Part shown: positions 16,050 to 16,134 of the stretch, in pieces
Layout of the letters: every line of letters starts with the position of its first letter
How positions within the stretch are numbered: position 1 is the stretch's first letter
Assembly: GCA_964247135.1 (NCBI GenBank)
Contig: CAXTTL010000106.1
Span: 1-16,134, forward strand
Source of the DNA: an uncultured Deinococcales bacterium
GTDB lineage: Bacteria; Deinococcota; Deinococci; Deinococcales; JAAFIG01
DNA: 16,134 nt
Direction of reading: 5' to 3'
Notes under the pieces: model-generated
Seen by the model: the letters and a program-made list of their open reading frames with translations, nothing else
Told to the model about the DNA's origin: nothing
Database searches by the model: none
Position numbers and translations under genes: made by a program

Positions 16050-16134
16050 AGCATCGCCGAGGGCATGGCGGGGCTGGAGGAGGAACGCCGTCTGTTTTAC
16101 GTGGCGATCACCCGCGCGATGGAACGCCTGACCA
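16047..16134 (+). other. uvrD: UvrD/PcrA helicase internal fragment (motif VI), runs off the window end
   Basis: SSIAEGMAGLEEERRLFYVAITRAMERLT matches SF1A helicase motif VI. No upstream helicase sequence lies 5' of the CTCGAG. Confidence 0.8.

Larger units (their letters stand above)
58..16051. repeat. dispersed, highly iterated palindrome CTCGAG (about 100 copies)
   Basis: Manual count of 101 copies, from 58-63 to 16046-16051, in CDSs and intergenic DNA. None between 10980 and 12161. Confidence 0.97.

Noticed and set aside
58-16051. CRISPR array or cloning/synthetic origin for the recurring CTCGAG
   Set aside because: Spacing is irregular and the unit is only 6 bp. Copies sit in frame within intact natural genes.
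15592-16131. ORF-track calls 15592..15792, 15638..15949, 15780..16043 and 15934..16131
   Set aside because: Better explained as alternative frames of the frameshifted PhyH fragment and the UvrD fragment.
1-16134. tRNA, rRNA, transposase or integrase genes
   Set aside because: None recognised on either strand.

Overview
Mostly chromosomal housekeeping DNA from a moderately GC-rich bacterium, probably Deinococcota (inferred from bshA, spoVS, trmH, DUF5693 and many leaderless TANNNT-N6/7-start genes). Gene order: ybeY (partial), DUF5693, trmH, DUF1905, stand-alone B12-binding mutase domain, YfcE-type metallophosphoesterase, SPFH protein, divergent DegV, bshA, DinB-family protein, spoVS, Zn peptidase, Gly-repeat hypothetical protein, DUF1003, FRG-domain protein, secreted multimodular type I pullulanase, then broken PhyH-family and UvrD fragments. 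Three signals stand out. (1) The palindrome CTCGAG occurs about 100 times (manual count 101, about 4 expected by chance), like cyanobacterial HIP1, and is reused in terminator stems and regulatory signals. (2) An AT-rich, CTCGAG-free island of about 1.2 kb carries the FRG gene, preceded by a 133-bp attC-like palindrome, suggesting a stranded integron cassette. (3) Two 5'-truncated genes (phyH-like and uvrD) are joined head-to-head exactly at a CTCGAG near the window end, which is either a real rearrangement or an assembly chimera.
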